This document shows positions 21,605 to 31,842 of a stretch of 64,000 nt of DNA, piece by piece. The translations under genes and the position numbers were made by a program. The DNA comes from Schizochytrium sp. TIO01 (Eukaryota; Protista; Bigyra: Labyrinthulomycetes): contig SMSO01000014.1 in the NCBI GenBank assembly GCA_004764695.1, positions 2,537,648 through 2,601,647 on the forward strand, read 5' to 3'. Every line of letters begins with the position of its first letter. Within the stretch, counting starts at the first letter, position 1. The notes below the pieces were generated by a model that worked only from the letters and a program-made list of their open reading frames with translations, did not search any database and was not told the origin of the DNA.

Positions 21605-24334
21605 TCAAAAGTGTTGCTGTGCATGATAACGAGCAGCTTCTCGGAGGGATGTAAACGGGAATTCAGGACCTCCATGGAAAAGTGAATGACGGGAAGATGG
21701 TAGTTTCTTAGACTCCTTTAATTCTTCTCGATGTCTCACTTCTGCAGCTAATGCAAGGAGAACCTCACCCGGGTTAGCATGCCGGCTTTGTGAAAGCTGG
21801 GAGGTTTGCTCTTCAACAAAGTAGATGAGGTCTGATGGTCCCAAGTGTGCAAAGTTTTCCACGCTTTTGCTTCGAGCAAAGTTCACCAAAAGCTTAGCAA
21901 TATCGGGAGTTAACCCGGCTTCTTCTCGTAGAATTTCTGTAAATTCACGAGCACGCATGCTTTGTTGGTTTGGACCAGCATACTTTGAGAACATGGCATG
22001 CAAGAGTTGCGATTCCTGTTTTGTCAAGGACATATGACGCGATTTTGATCTTACATCTCGCATCATGGGCGGATTCCCCTGCTTAATCATAATTTGCATT
22101 TCCTTTGCAAGTTCAAATAATGAGGGAAGACGTTCGACGAGGTTCACAAAATCAGAGGGAAGCAAGGTTACATACTGCTCTTCTGGAGGGTAGCTCAAAA
22201 GATTTTTAATGCATTTGTCAACCAGGAGATCAAATGCGGTTTTCCTGACTCCTGAACGACTCCGACGAAGTTTGGAAACAACTACTGATATTGTCAGAGG
22301 CGTCTTGCTGCGGCCTCGCAAAAGCTTATATAGTTCCAGTGCAGCCTCCGCAATGCCCTTTCTTTCCCTTTTCTCCTGTTCAATTTCATCAAGTTCCTCT
22401 TGTTCTTCTGCGTTCACGGCCTGTGTGACTAGGTCACAAGTTTTCGAGTATGTCTCTGAAAAGTTGGGAATAGGCGAGGGGTACAAAGGTGCTGGCTTAA
22501 ACGGTCGAGGCGGTGGCGGAGTCTCAACAGAAATGCTATACTGCCTGCTTCTCTCTATAGATAGCTTTCTATTGTCCGAAGTTAGTTTTGATTGTACGTC
22601 TGGTTTAAGCGAGTCTGGAAGGTGCTCCTTCTCCTCATCAATGTATTGATTTGTTTGTGGATCCATGTCATTGGGTGGAGGAGGTGGTCCTGGCGGTCTC
22701 GGAATCGAACGCCGCACAGTTGCCAAGCTGGTAGACACTAAGGAAAGTGGCGGATAAGTTGCTTGCTTTGTAGGCAGCGAAGCACTATGCTGACTCCATT
22801 CATCCTCTCGCAGTCTGCCATATGGTGAGCTCGATCCGGAACTTTGAAAGCCGCGGCGGGCCTGTTGCGAAATTGTGCTCACAAGACCTAACGCACGTCC
22901 GTTATGAGGTCCGTGCTGAAGACGACTGCGATCAGAGAGACTTTTTATAAGGTCTTGACGTGTTCGATAACCACGCCACGCCGCTTGGATTTGGGCTGCA
23001 CGTTTATTCCAGAATTGTTGTTTGAATTCTGATAATGTGTTTTGCTGCCCATACAATCGTTTATCGCGAATAGCCTCGATCTTAGTCGAGTGAGTGTGGC
23101 TTAGATGCAGGTTCTCCGAGCGCAGTGAGTGCATAGGATAGGCCAATTTGGGCACCACGGTGGTAGGAGACACCATTGGAGGTTCCGGTGCAAAGCGCCG
23201 AGGAGATGCATCACCACACTGGAGTGTCCTGTACAGGAGTGCAATTTGTGCGGGTGTGAGAGATGAAGCTTCAGGGCTTTTAAGACTTTCTCCGGTCTCC
23301 CCCGTGGCGTCGACAATAGCTCGTATTGTTTGCTTAGCATGTCTTTCCAGTTTCTCCTCCAAATTATCAATACGATACGCAAGATCTTCAGCAGAGACAG
23401 GGTCAGCAGGCCCTGGGAGGCTTCCACCGCGCGAACGAGTCTTGCTGGACACGCTACCATTAGTTGTTCTATTATCAACCCCATCCCCTGGCCCTGGAGA
23501 TTTAGGCCGACCCTGCTCGCTGGCTTTGCTTGATGAGCTTTGCAAACTTGCCTCCCTAGATATTTTATTTGGTTTTTGGACAACAGGTTCAGGTGGATTT
23601 GAGTCCTCAAGTAGAACAAAGCCTTGAAAAGCTGGCGCGGGATCGTGCGCAGACTGACTTTCGACCTTTATTGCTGTTCCTTTCTCCTGTTTTATTTCTT
23701 TGGACTCTTTCGTATTATTCATCGAAGCCGAAGCTACGGATTCGATGGAGCCACGCTGACCTTGAGTACTCTTTTTCTCTACATTAGTTTCACCACCATT
23801 ATCCGCGTTGACAATGCCCTCATCATCGCGATCTCTCTCAGATAAATCATCAGAAGTTGCCTCCAAGCTCTTGCCCTGATTCTGACTCAGGGTTCGTGTT
23901 TGCTCTGAGACAGGGTCAGGGCCTTGATCAATGTTTAAATCAAGACTCTTCTCGAGATTCTGGTTCTGGTTCTGCCTTTGCTTTTGATCTTGGTCTAGGC
24001 CAGTGCTGTTGTTTTCTTCGTTGTCATCCCATGGAAAACTCCCTTCAGTGTGACCCCTGCCACGGAGCTCTTCGACTCCCATGAGATTCTCTGCTATCCC
24101 CGGAGGAGCTGATGACCTCCTTAGTGTTGAATCGAGATCGCCTCCATCAGTTGAGTCTGATCGAGCGCTCTTGGACTCATGTCGCTTCCTGCGTAGAATA
24201 GAGGAGTTATTGGAGCCATACGACCGTCTCTGAGGTAGCATCTCGCTCACGCGTGCAAGCAGAGCCAGGCGTGCCGAAGACCTCCGGCTGCGCCGCGGAA
24301 GCTCATCCTCCGCAGTAGTTGAAGCAGGGGTCAT
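21605..24334 (-). CDS. IQ calmodulin-binding motif protein, largely disordered, with possible degenerate EF-hand-like C-terminus
   Basis: AAQIQAAWRGYRTRQDL IQ motif; Pro-rich segments; first in-frame ATG at 24334 (the ORF track starts at a non-ATG codon, 24421). Confidence 0.8.
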   Translation of the reverse strand: MTPASTTAEDELPRRSRRSSARLALLARVSEMLPQRRSYGSNNSSILRRKRHESKSARSDSTDGGDLDSTLRRSSAPPGIAENLMGVEELRGRGHTEGSFPWDDNEENNSTGLDQDQKQRQNQNQNLEKSLDLNIDQGPDPVSEQTRTLSQNQGKSLEATSDDLSERDRDDEGIVNADNGGETNVEKKSTQGQRGSIESVASASMNNTKESKEIKQEKGTAIKVESQSAHDPAPAFQGFVLLEDSNPPEPVVQKPNKISREASLQSSSSKASEQGRPKSPGPGDGVDNRTTNGSVSSKTRSRGGSLPGPADPVSAEDLAYRIDNLEEKLERHAKQTIRAIVDATGETGESLKSPEASSLTPAQIALLYRTLQCGDASPRRFAPEPPMVSPTTVVPKLAYPMHSLRSENLHLSHTHSTKIEAIRDKRLYGQQNTLSEFKQQFWNKRAAQIQAAWRGYRTRQDLIKSLSDRSRLQHGPHNGRALGLVSTISQQARRGFQSSGSSSPYGRLREDEWSQHSASLPTKQATYPPLSLVSTSLATVRRSIPRPPGPPPPPNDMDPQTNQYIDEEKEHLPDSLKPDVQSKLTSDNRKLSIERSRQYSISVETPPPPRPFKPAPLYPSPIPNFSETYSKTCDLVTQAVNAEEQEELDEIEQEKRERKGIAEAALELYKLLRGRSKTPLTISVVVSKLRRSRSGVRKTAFDLLVDKCIKNLLSYPPEEQYVTLLPSDFVNLVERLPSLFELAKEMQIMIKQGNPPMMRDVRSKSRHMSLTKQESQLLHAMFSKYAGPNQQSMRAREFTEILREEAGLTPDIAKLLVNFARSKSVENFAHLGPSDLIYFVEEQTSQLSQSRHANPGEVLLALAAEVRHREELKESKKLPSSRHSLFHGGPEFPFTSLREAARYHAQQHF

Positions 24335-24522
24335 TGTCCCTGCGGCGCCAGCTACCAGCGCAGCGCCAAAGGAATCGGTCTCAACAACAAAAGCGATTTG
24401 TACTGCGTTTTCATCTCTCAATGCGATGCAGAGAACAGCACTCCTACGATTACAATATATGGAAACCTTAGTTCACATGAATGCTCGGAAGAAAGAAAGT
24501 TAGGTGTGTACCATGTTCAAGC

Positions 24523-24601
24523 AAGTGAGTTATAGCAGATCTACCAGTGGGTTATAAATGGAGGGCAAAGTGAGTTATAGAATCCTGGAAGTGGGATTTA
24601 A
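24523..24601. repeat. Degenerate ~22-bp tandem repeat with AGTG(A/G)GTTATA core, 4 copies
   Basis: Cores at ~24524, 24546, 24569 and 24590 (the last more diverged), in the divergent intergenic region. Confidence 0.6.
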
Positions 24602-25051
24602 TTCAAATAGGCTACTGGAGATGGGGCGATAGTTGACTTGTGGGAGCGATAGAGAATGGCGATGGAGAAGATGGGCGCAGCGAGCAAACTACGATTAGAG
24701 AGGCCTGGAACGGCCTTGAGCCTACGGTGTGGGTCTCTGGCTGGTGCTGAGAAGGTAGCTGGCACTGTCTAAAGGCGAGGGGTTTTCTGGCTAAAGAGGT
24801 GTGGCTGGCGCTGGGTGAGAGCCTCTGGGGCATGGCGCAGATTGAGGTTGAAGGGGAAAAAAGCGGAGCAGCAAAGAGCCTAGGAAAAATTGCAACGCGC
24901 GGTTTGCGAAGTCATTAAAAGCATTATTGGAGTGCGTCAAGCAATTTTTAAGGAGAGTGTTGATCAACTGAGGACCTTGATGAAATTTTGGTGGATAAAA
25001 TCTCGGATTTGTGCGTGAAGCTTTATTTTGGGTGCAGATTAAAGCCTAATC

Positions 25052-27583
25052 ATGGCCCAACGTGAGATTGCAGAAGGTTCTAGGGTCATTGTAAACTCAG
25101 AAGTTCTTGGCATTGATGAGGATCAACCAGACGGAGCGACTTCATACAAAGGAGAAGTTTTAGGACCTTCGAAGAAGCCAAACGGCTCGTGGATGGTCAG
25201 GTTTCAGGATGGCTTGATGGACAATGTGGTGAAAATCATCGCAGCTAAAGATATGCAATTGATGCAGCCAGAAGTAAACCACGAAAATACAGAAGAGTAC
25301 CAACAAGGGGTACTTGTAGCAAGTAAAGACTGTACATTACCTCAAAAGAGGAGCAGTGATCACAAGGAGGGTAACTTAGAAACAGGCGACGCAGAGCGCA
25401 AACGTCGCAGGCAAATGATCGCGGGCAATGGATCTCAACCTGCAAACGTTGAAGACCACCTTTCTTCATCTGAGGACCCCAAAGAGGATAGGTTAGCTCA
25501 TGCATCTTCCGTGACTTCAAGCAGCACCCTCGAACAAGGTTCGCCGCGCCACAATTCTAATTATGGTGTTTTTGCGAGCTTTCCGTCTGCATTTAGAGCT
25601 GAAAATACAACGTGGACTCTTCGTGAGAACATTGAGGACACGCGAGGGGGTTATGAATTAAATCAAACACCTTGCATCAAATTCGATCACAAAGATGAGG
25701 GCGGGTTTGATCTTTATCACGCGCATACTGATGGTAACCGAGACGAGAGTGACAAAGCAACTGCAGATCGGCCTCCCTTTGAGTATTTCATATCCCTTTT
25801 GTGGAGCTCAGAAACGCTTGAAAAAATTGTTGATTACACAAACGTTCGACTGGCCTGTGCTAACATTACCTTATTAGATGGCGCGCCGGAGCTTTTCCGT
25901 TTTTTAGGTGTTTTGATTCGCTGTGCCCGCTTCCCGAATCACTCCTTGGAAAACTTGTGGAGAGTTTCTGAAGGCAATGGGTGTACTCCTGTGGAGCATG
26001 TGATGACGTTAGATCGATTCCAGCAGATTCTCGATAATCTTTCATTTACCGGATCTGACGTTGAGGAGTGGCCGAGAGTTGCATCTTTTGGGCATCTACC
26101 AGACGTTTTTCATGAAAGGTCATATTTAGGTTGTCCCAGCATCGATTTTCTTATAAAAGAATTCAACGCACAACGAAAAAATCATATTGTTCCAGGTCAC
26201 GGAATATGTGTCAGTCGATATGAAGATCATGAAGATGCTGGGAAGAAAGCAAAATGTTATTGCCGGCGTCAACTAGCACAAAATTCCTTCGGCAAAGCTG
26301 TTGGAACTCCAAACCCACCTCTTAACCTGGAGGTGTCAGCTTGCTGTAGCACGGGCATCATTCTTCGCCTAGAAGTTTCTCATGCCCATCCATTATCAGT
26401 GATGGATAGCTCTCAAGATCCTGCTTTTGCTCAGGCGGTTCGCCTTGTTAGTCCGTGGTTCAAGAATCGCACTTTGTATACAAGTGGAGTGTATTCCTCA
26501 CTTGACAATGCTGTGCGCTTTTGGAGAATCTACAACATGTCGGTAATGTTTAAGCTTCCTATCGCTTCGCACGATTCCCTCCGGGTAAGTCTAGAGACTC
26601 TGCCGTTCCAAAAGGCAGGGGAGAGTGTCTTTTATCAGGGCCTTCTTGATGGGGAGGAGGGTTTGCAAACGTGCAATCTGTATGGGACAGCATGGAATTC
26701 TGGGGATGGTGTATGGAGTGTACTTTCTACTTGTGGTTCCTCAGAAGAGGGCAAACCCCACATTCATTCGCATTGGAGTACAGACGGGATCTTTAGCCAA
26801 ACAGAGATCCCACGGGACACAATCACCGCGGAAGTCGCAGATAGCATATTTTCCGTGGAGGAGCATAGACGTTTGCGAGGTAATTCACTTGCGCTAGAGC
26901 AAGTGTGTACAGGCGAGCAATGGCAAATCCAGATATTTTGCAAGCTCTTAGGCATAACTGTTGTGGATTCATACTTGGCAAGAGAGGCGTTTGACTGCAA
27001 GAACACTTTCAAAAAAAAATTGTCCAGTCTTGTGGAGTTTCAAGCTTATCTAGAAGAAGAGTTACTCAATAATGGCAGGGCACTGCCAACATCTCCTGTA
27101 AATAGGTCTGACGGGCATTTTACTTCTATCGGACCAACTAGTGTATCTTCGACCTCGTTATCATCAGCTAGAGGAAAGAGTGAATTTACGATGGACAGTT
27201 TTCACAAAAGTATAGCAGGCGTTTCACCTGTTGCTCATGACATTCAAGGCATGACGCGATTCAATCGAGAAGTTAAAATCTGGAATCAAGTTAATCCTAA
27301 ACTCCGATGCTCTGAGTGTGCTCGGCGTGGCCGAATTCCAGCACTCCAGACCTGTAACTTTTGCTTAACCTGCTCAATTGCTAAGAAGGGAAACAGTCCG
27401 GAGTGGACGTCTGACCATGTTGTTCGCCTCTGCAAGCAGTGTATCCCCCTGCACTATGTCGACGGAGGGGAGTTTACAAATGCAAAGCGTAAAAAGAAAA
27501 ACTCAGACGCGCTTATTTTGCCAATGTCTCTTCATGATTCTACCCCTCCAAGTGCCGTTAGCGCTGATGCATCTAGTGATTAA
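25052..27583 (+). CDS. piggyBac transposase-derived protein (PGBD-like), catalytic triad apparently lost; C-terminal Cys-rich domain retained
   Basis: piggyBac blocks EYFISL..LEKIVDYTN, ELFRFLGV, MTLDRFQQILDNLSF, EFNAQRKNHIVPG..ICV, LALEQV..W..IF..LLGITVVDSYLA; CRD RCSEC...CNFCLTC...LCKQCIPLH. Confidence 0.82.
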   Translation: MAQREIAEGSRVIVNSEVLGIDEDQPDGATSYKGEVLGPSKKPNGSWMVRFQDGLMDNVVKIIAAKDMQLMQPEVNHENTEEYQQGVLVASKDCTLPQKRSSDHKEGNLETGDAERKRRRQMIAGNGSQPANVEDHLSSSEDPKEDRLAHASSVTSSSTLEQGSPRHNSNYGVFASFPSAFRAENTTWTLRENIEDTRGGYELNQTPCIKFDHKDEGGFDLYHAHTDGNRDESDKATADRPPFEYFISLLWSSETLEKIVDYTNVRLACANITLLDGAPELFRFLGVLIRCARFPNHSLENLWRVSEGNGCTPVEHVMTLDRFQQILDNLSFTGSDVEEWPRVASFGHLPDVFHERSYLGCPSIDFLIKEFNAQRKNHIVPGHGICVSRYEDHEDAGKKAKCYCRRQLAQNSFGKAVGTPNPPLNLEVSACCSTGIILRLEVSHAHPLSVMDSSQDPAFAQAVRLVSPWFKNRTLYTSGVYSSLDNAVRFWRIYNMSVMFKLPIASHDSLRVSLETLPFQKAGESVFYQGLLDGEEGLQTCNLYGTAWNSGDGVWSVLSTCGSSEEGKPHIHSHWSTDGIFSQTEIPRDTITAEVADSIFSVEEHRRLRGNSLALEQVCTGEQWQIQIFCKLLGITVVDSYLAREAFDCKNTFKKKLSSLVEFQAYLEEELLNNGRALPTSPVNRSDGHFTSIGPTSVSSTSLSSARGKSEFTMDSFHKSIAGVSPVAHDIQGMTRFNREVKIWNQVNPKLRCSECARRGRIPALQTCNFCLTCSIAKKGNSPEWTSDHVVRLCKQCIPLHYVDGGEFTNAKRKKKNSDALILPMSLHDSTPPSAVSADASSD

Positions 27584-30500
27584 AAACGTAAAATACATCC
27601 TATTTCTTTATACAGCTGTTCTTTATTGCGCCAAGTATTTCCTCAACTAGCATCCCACATCATACCAATCTAGTTGGATCGTCAATTTAGACTTATATTA
27701 ACTTTCATTGTACTCTTGAGCTACTCTTTTTGACTTGGAATCTTTTCACGAAAAGCTCCCTACGTTCCCTTAGTTATTGGTATTTCATTATTATCATCCT
27801 AAATCTTAACTTGAAGTGCTCCTGCCTTCGATCATTATACGATCATGACCAACCAACGAGGTAGATGTGTTGAAGATAGACACTCATAATGTGCCTGTCA
27901 TAACAACATTCAGAGTAGATACCGCTGTATATGGCAAAACAGGTGATGCTTTAAGTCTAAGATGCTTTTTTTGCTAAACCCAACAAAAAGCATAGTGCTA
28001 CTTTATGCTTTGAAGACCTTGCGTTTTGAGCTCTTCTATTTGCTCAGAGCTTGCATGACTTTTTTGAGTACTACAAACCAGGTTCTCAAATCAACTGTAG
28101 GCAGGAAAATGAGATTTTTTGATATTCTACTTAGTGATCTTTAGACGTTTATCGTAATTGACCGAGCTTAGTCGTGATTTTTATCTTCAAGCACAATGTT
28201 GACGGAGTGGCCACGCATAAACCTTCAACTTTTCTCAGATTGAGCAGCAGCATGAATGCAGAGCTAGATTGTCGAACAACCACTGCATATTATGACTATG
28301 AAGCAAGAGTGAAATCTTATTAGATTCTCCTCACGTCTAGAAGTCTTTTCTATTTTAAAGTAATAGGGACACAGCAGTGTCCCCTAAATGAGCGAGCAGG
28401 TTCACTCGCTCAAGCCAAATACCTTCCTAATGAGTAAGGATATCGAGCTCCTTCAAAGAAGCATTAAAGTACCTATTTCGGTGGCCTCCGCCTGAGGAGA
28501 ATCCCGGAAGCAAAAATGGAGAAAAGAAACACCGCTGCTAGCACAAGCGTAGTTTTCAAGCCTTCCTCTCTCCTACGAAGCGACGAAAAAAAGTGGTTCG
28601 CTGATGATGATCGCTGGTGAATAATGCACACCTTTCCTCCCTCGCACACGTCCGACAGATGAATTTGGAATCAGCGCCGCTACCGAGTCTGTTATTAGCA
28701 TCAGGTGCCATCTTCGATTAGGTACACTGAACAAGCTCCGGCATCCCATGTAGAGCTCTAAGTTAGCTTGGAACTTCTTTCAAATGTATCCGAGTTTGCA
28801 GTGCGCAATGAAGAGGTGCCCGATCATCCTTGAGGATAGGTACCTTTGGGCGCATGCCGATGATAGCTCAGGTTTTGAGCTATTATTTTTAGTTTTGATT
28901 TTGACGGTGAACCTGTCACCACTTTGGTGGTGGACCCCTCACTAATTAAAGCGTACCTACTCAGGAATAAGGAGTTGTCAAAAAAAAAGAGAAGGAAATT
29001 GAAGATTTCTTTAGCATAGACTTGAAATTGAAAATCGAATATAGCGTGAAAGCTGAGAGCAATCCTGATCTTGAGATTCGCTGAGTTCTTTTGAACCTTG
29101 AACTTGAAGGAAGAATACACACGCCGAACAAGAATGTTATATATCTGTGAGAACTACCTGCTATTGGTCCTATTTCTGGTACGTTGAGTTTCAAGTTTAC
29201 CTAATTTGCTTGGACTCGATACAGACTAAATTGAGGTTAATATTTATGGGGTGCTCATAAACATCAACTGTTTCAACTCAATCATGGGTTGGCTTCTACC
29301 CTATAAGTCTCAATAAAATTGCATTGCACTCTGCATTTTGCAGTGCCTCTTTGCAATAAAAATTCATCTTGAAGATATAGTTAGGCTTCAAATCATCGTC
29401 ATTATCAAATGTGAAAAAGAATGGCTTAGCGGTCTCGCACACCTATATACGCTCGTTCACTCGTTCGAGAAATCTGGAGACCGATCAGTGCGAGTATCGG
29501 TGATTCCATTCCTACAGCTGCGCGTGACGGAATTCATGCTTGCAGAGTAGCAATGCCGACGTTTGGAAAAATTGAACTTCTAATACAGACACCTGCGCTA
29601 TCAAGGCAGACAAATAGTTTTCTGACCTCCTGCTGCCAAGCTTGGGGCAAAGACCTATCATTTATTCATCATCAAGACCCATCATAGATGAAGAGCAAGA
29701 AAGACCGAACTCTCCGAGCCACCGAGCTGCGGACTTCCGATTCAGGCGAGCAGAGGAGTTTCTTCTAAGCCCTGTAAAGTTGGAATACAAAGTTTGGAAT
29801 TTGTCCAAGGCGTGAGTGGGGGCGCATGTCACAAGCCCACCTACCCCATCCCACGGCGTGCACTGCTTTTATAACCAATCGGAGATAAATTTGCATTTTA
29901 CCAAAACATATTTGCATTAGAAATCCATCCAAACCAAGGCATCGGACGATGATTACCGATGGCATAAATATCCTGTGGGCGACGCTTGGAGCGGATTTCC
30001 AGCGCGTAGTGCCGAGACACGAATTATTGACTATCGACAATAGTTTGATCAATCTTTTGTCGCTCGCTTAAAGGTGATCATAAATCGAACTACAGAAGTA
30101 CTAGTAGGTATTAGCAGATAATATTTTAATAATAAAAATCAGAAACACACCAATTCTTCCATATCCTCTACATTAGAAAAGCACCTCGCTCTCCTAATTT
30201 TTACACGCGCATGGTCAAAAATTAATCGTCTCTTGCGAGCGAGCCCGAACCTGGGCTCTGGCAGCACGCTTCAGCCTTCTCGGTTGTTGTTGGCTGCAAG
30301 TGTCTGAATGGAAAGCCACGGAAATCGCGAAGACTATCAGAGTCTGCGCGTGAGCAGCAAAGGGTCAGTGCGGAGCACGTGCAGCGAGCGGCACGTGAGT
30401 TAATTAAATTTGTTTGTTTCCCTCGCAGTGTTTATTGACTGATTGACAAAGTTTTTGACGGGTTGAGCTAAGGCATTGATCGAGATGGCAACACACCGCG

Positions 30501-31842
30501 GAAGAGCAGCTCATGGCAATGCTAGCAGCACGAAACAGCCACACGAAGATAGGGGTTGGCGGCGATATTCTGTGTGTAACGCATTGTGGTTATGGCATAG
30601 TGTGGTGCATCTATGCATGCATACATTTATTTATTCCTTCGATCTAAAAGCTTTCCCCGCATTAATGATTCTCCATTTCCTTGAGATTACTTTCTCGTGT
30701 GAAATCGAATGAGCTTGTTGCCTCTTGGCAAATCTGTAGTTCTAGCCCGTGACCTGCAACTTGCAAGTAGTACTTGGCTCGCTGAAGGTCGCCTGCCACA
30801 CTGCTGCTGCTTTGAGCCGCTTCGTGAGCGCGGGCGTCGTGCGCAAGAGGGAATGGAAGGAGCTAATTAATTGGAACTTGAGCTGAGCTACTTCTATTTT
30901 AACAAATTAAGGGTCGATTGAATCAAGGGATGAATGAAGTTGGAGTGCTCTTCGACTAAACAATCAACCAGCTGCAGAGTATCTGTCTGCTGCCATTATA
31001 CCACATCGCACTAACGGGTAAGATGTGTGCCACTGCCCAGCTTCGGCTCGGTGTCTGCTTTTGAAGCACCGCACGAGTGAAATACGCCACCCACGACGTT
31101 CCGGTGCTTTGTAAATCAACTTTACAATGATTTAGTTTAGTTTCGGAAAGAGGTGACGACAATAGGAAATAGAATTCGCCACTATGCCAACAATCAACAA
31201 AGAAATGCACACTTGTCAAGGAGAAGAAGGGAAAGGAAGAAGAAGAGGAAAAGAAAGAAAACTTTCTTTCTTTCTTTCTTTCTTACTCTTTCTTAGTTCC
31301 TGCCTTTTTTCTTTTTTCTTTTTTCTTTTTTCTTTTTTCTTTTTTTTTTCTGATAGAAGGTACTATGGAGGTACTAGTGCCACTGTCTTTTGGCTTCTAA
31401 TTTTTATTCTTTCTTTATTTCGATATAATTATTTTGCAACTTGTGTGTTCATAAACAACGTCGATGTGCACAGGCGACAGACAGGTGAAGCCGCTGCAGA
31501 GTTCGTCATGCCATCGTCTCTCTTCAAGACTGCGAGACAACAGGGAACTTGAGTGAGGTACTTGCAGCTGTGCTCGACCTAGGTTACAACTCTGACAGCT
31601 TTGATTCAAGGCAGGACGAAGAGCTTTGAACCGAGTGTTCTACTAGCATAGAATTAGTTTCGGAAGATGTTTTCTCTTTTCATTCCCCTTTGAAAAAAGA
31701 AAAAACTTTATTAAAATGAAACACGAGACAAGAATAGAGAATCAAAGTCCAAAACGGAGTAGACTGCGACGCCGCAGGCAGGCTCGCAGGATCGGCGAGC
31801 CCGACCTGCTCGCTGCCGCGCCAGTAAACCCCATATATAATT

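Noticed and set aside
24900-27800. Active piggyBac element boundaries
   Set aside because: No TTAA-flanked CCC…GGG terminal inverted repeats found by eye, so annotated as a gene rather than a mobile element.
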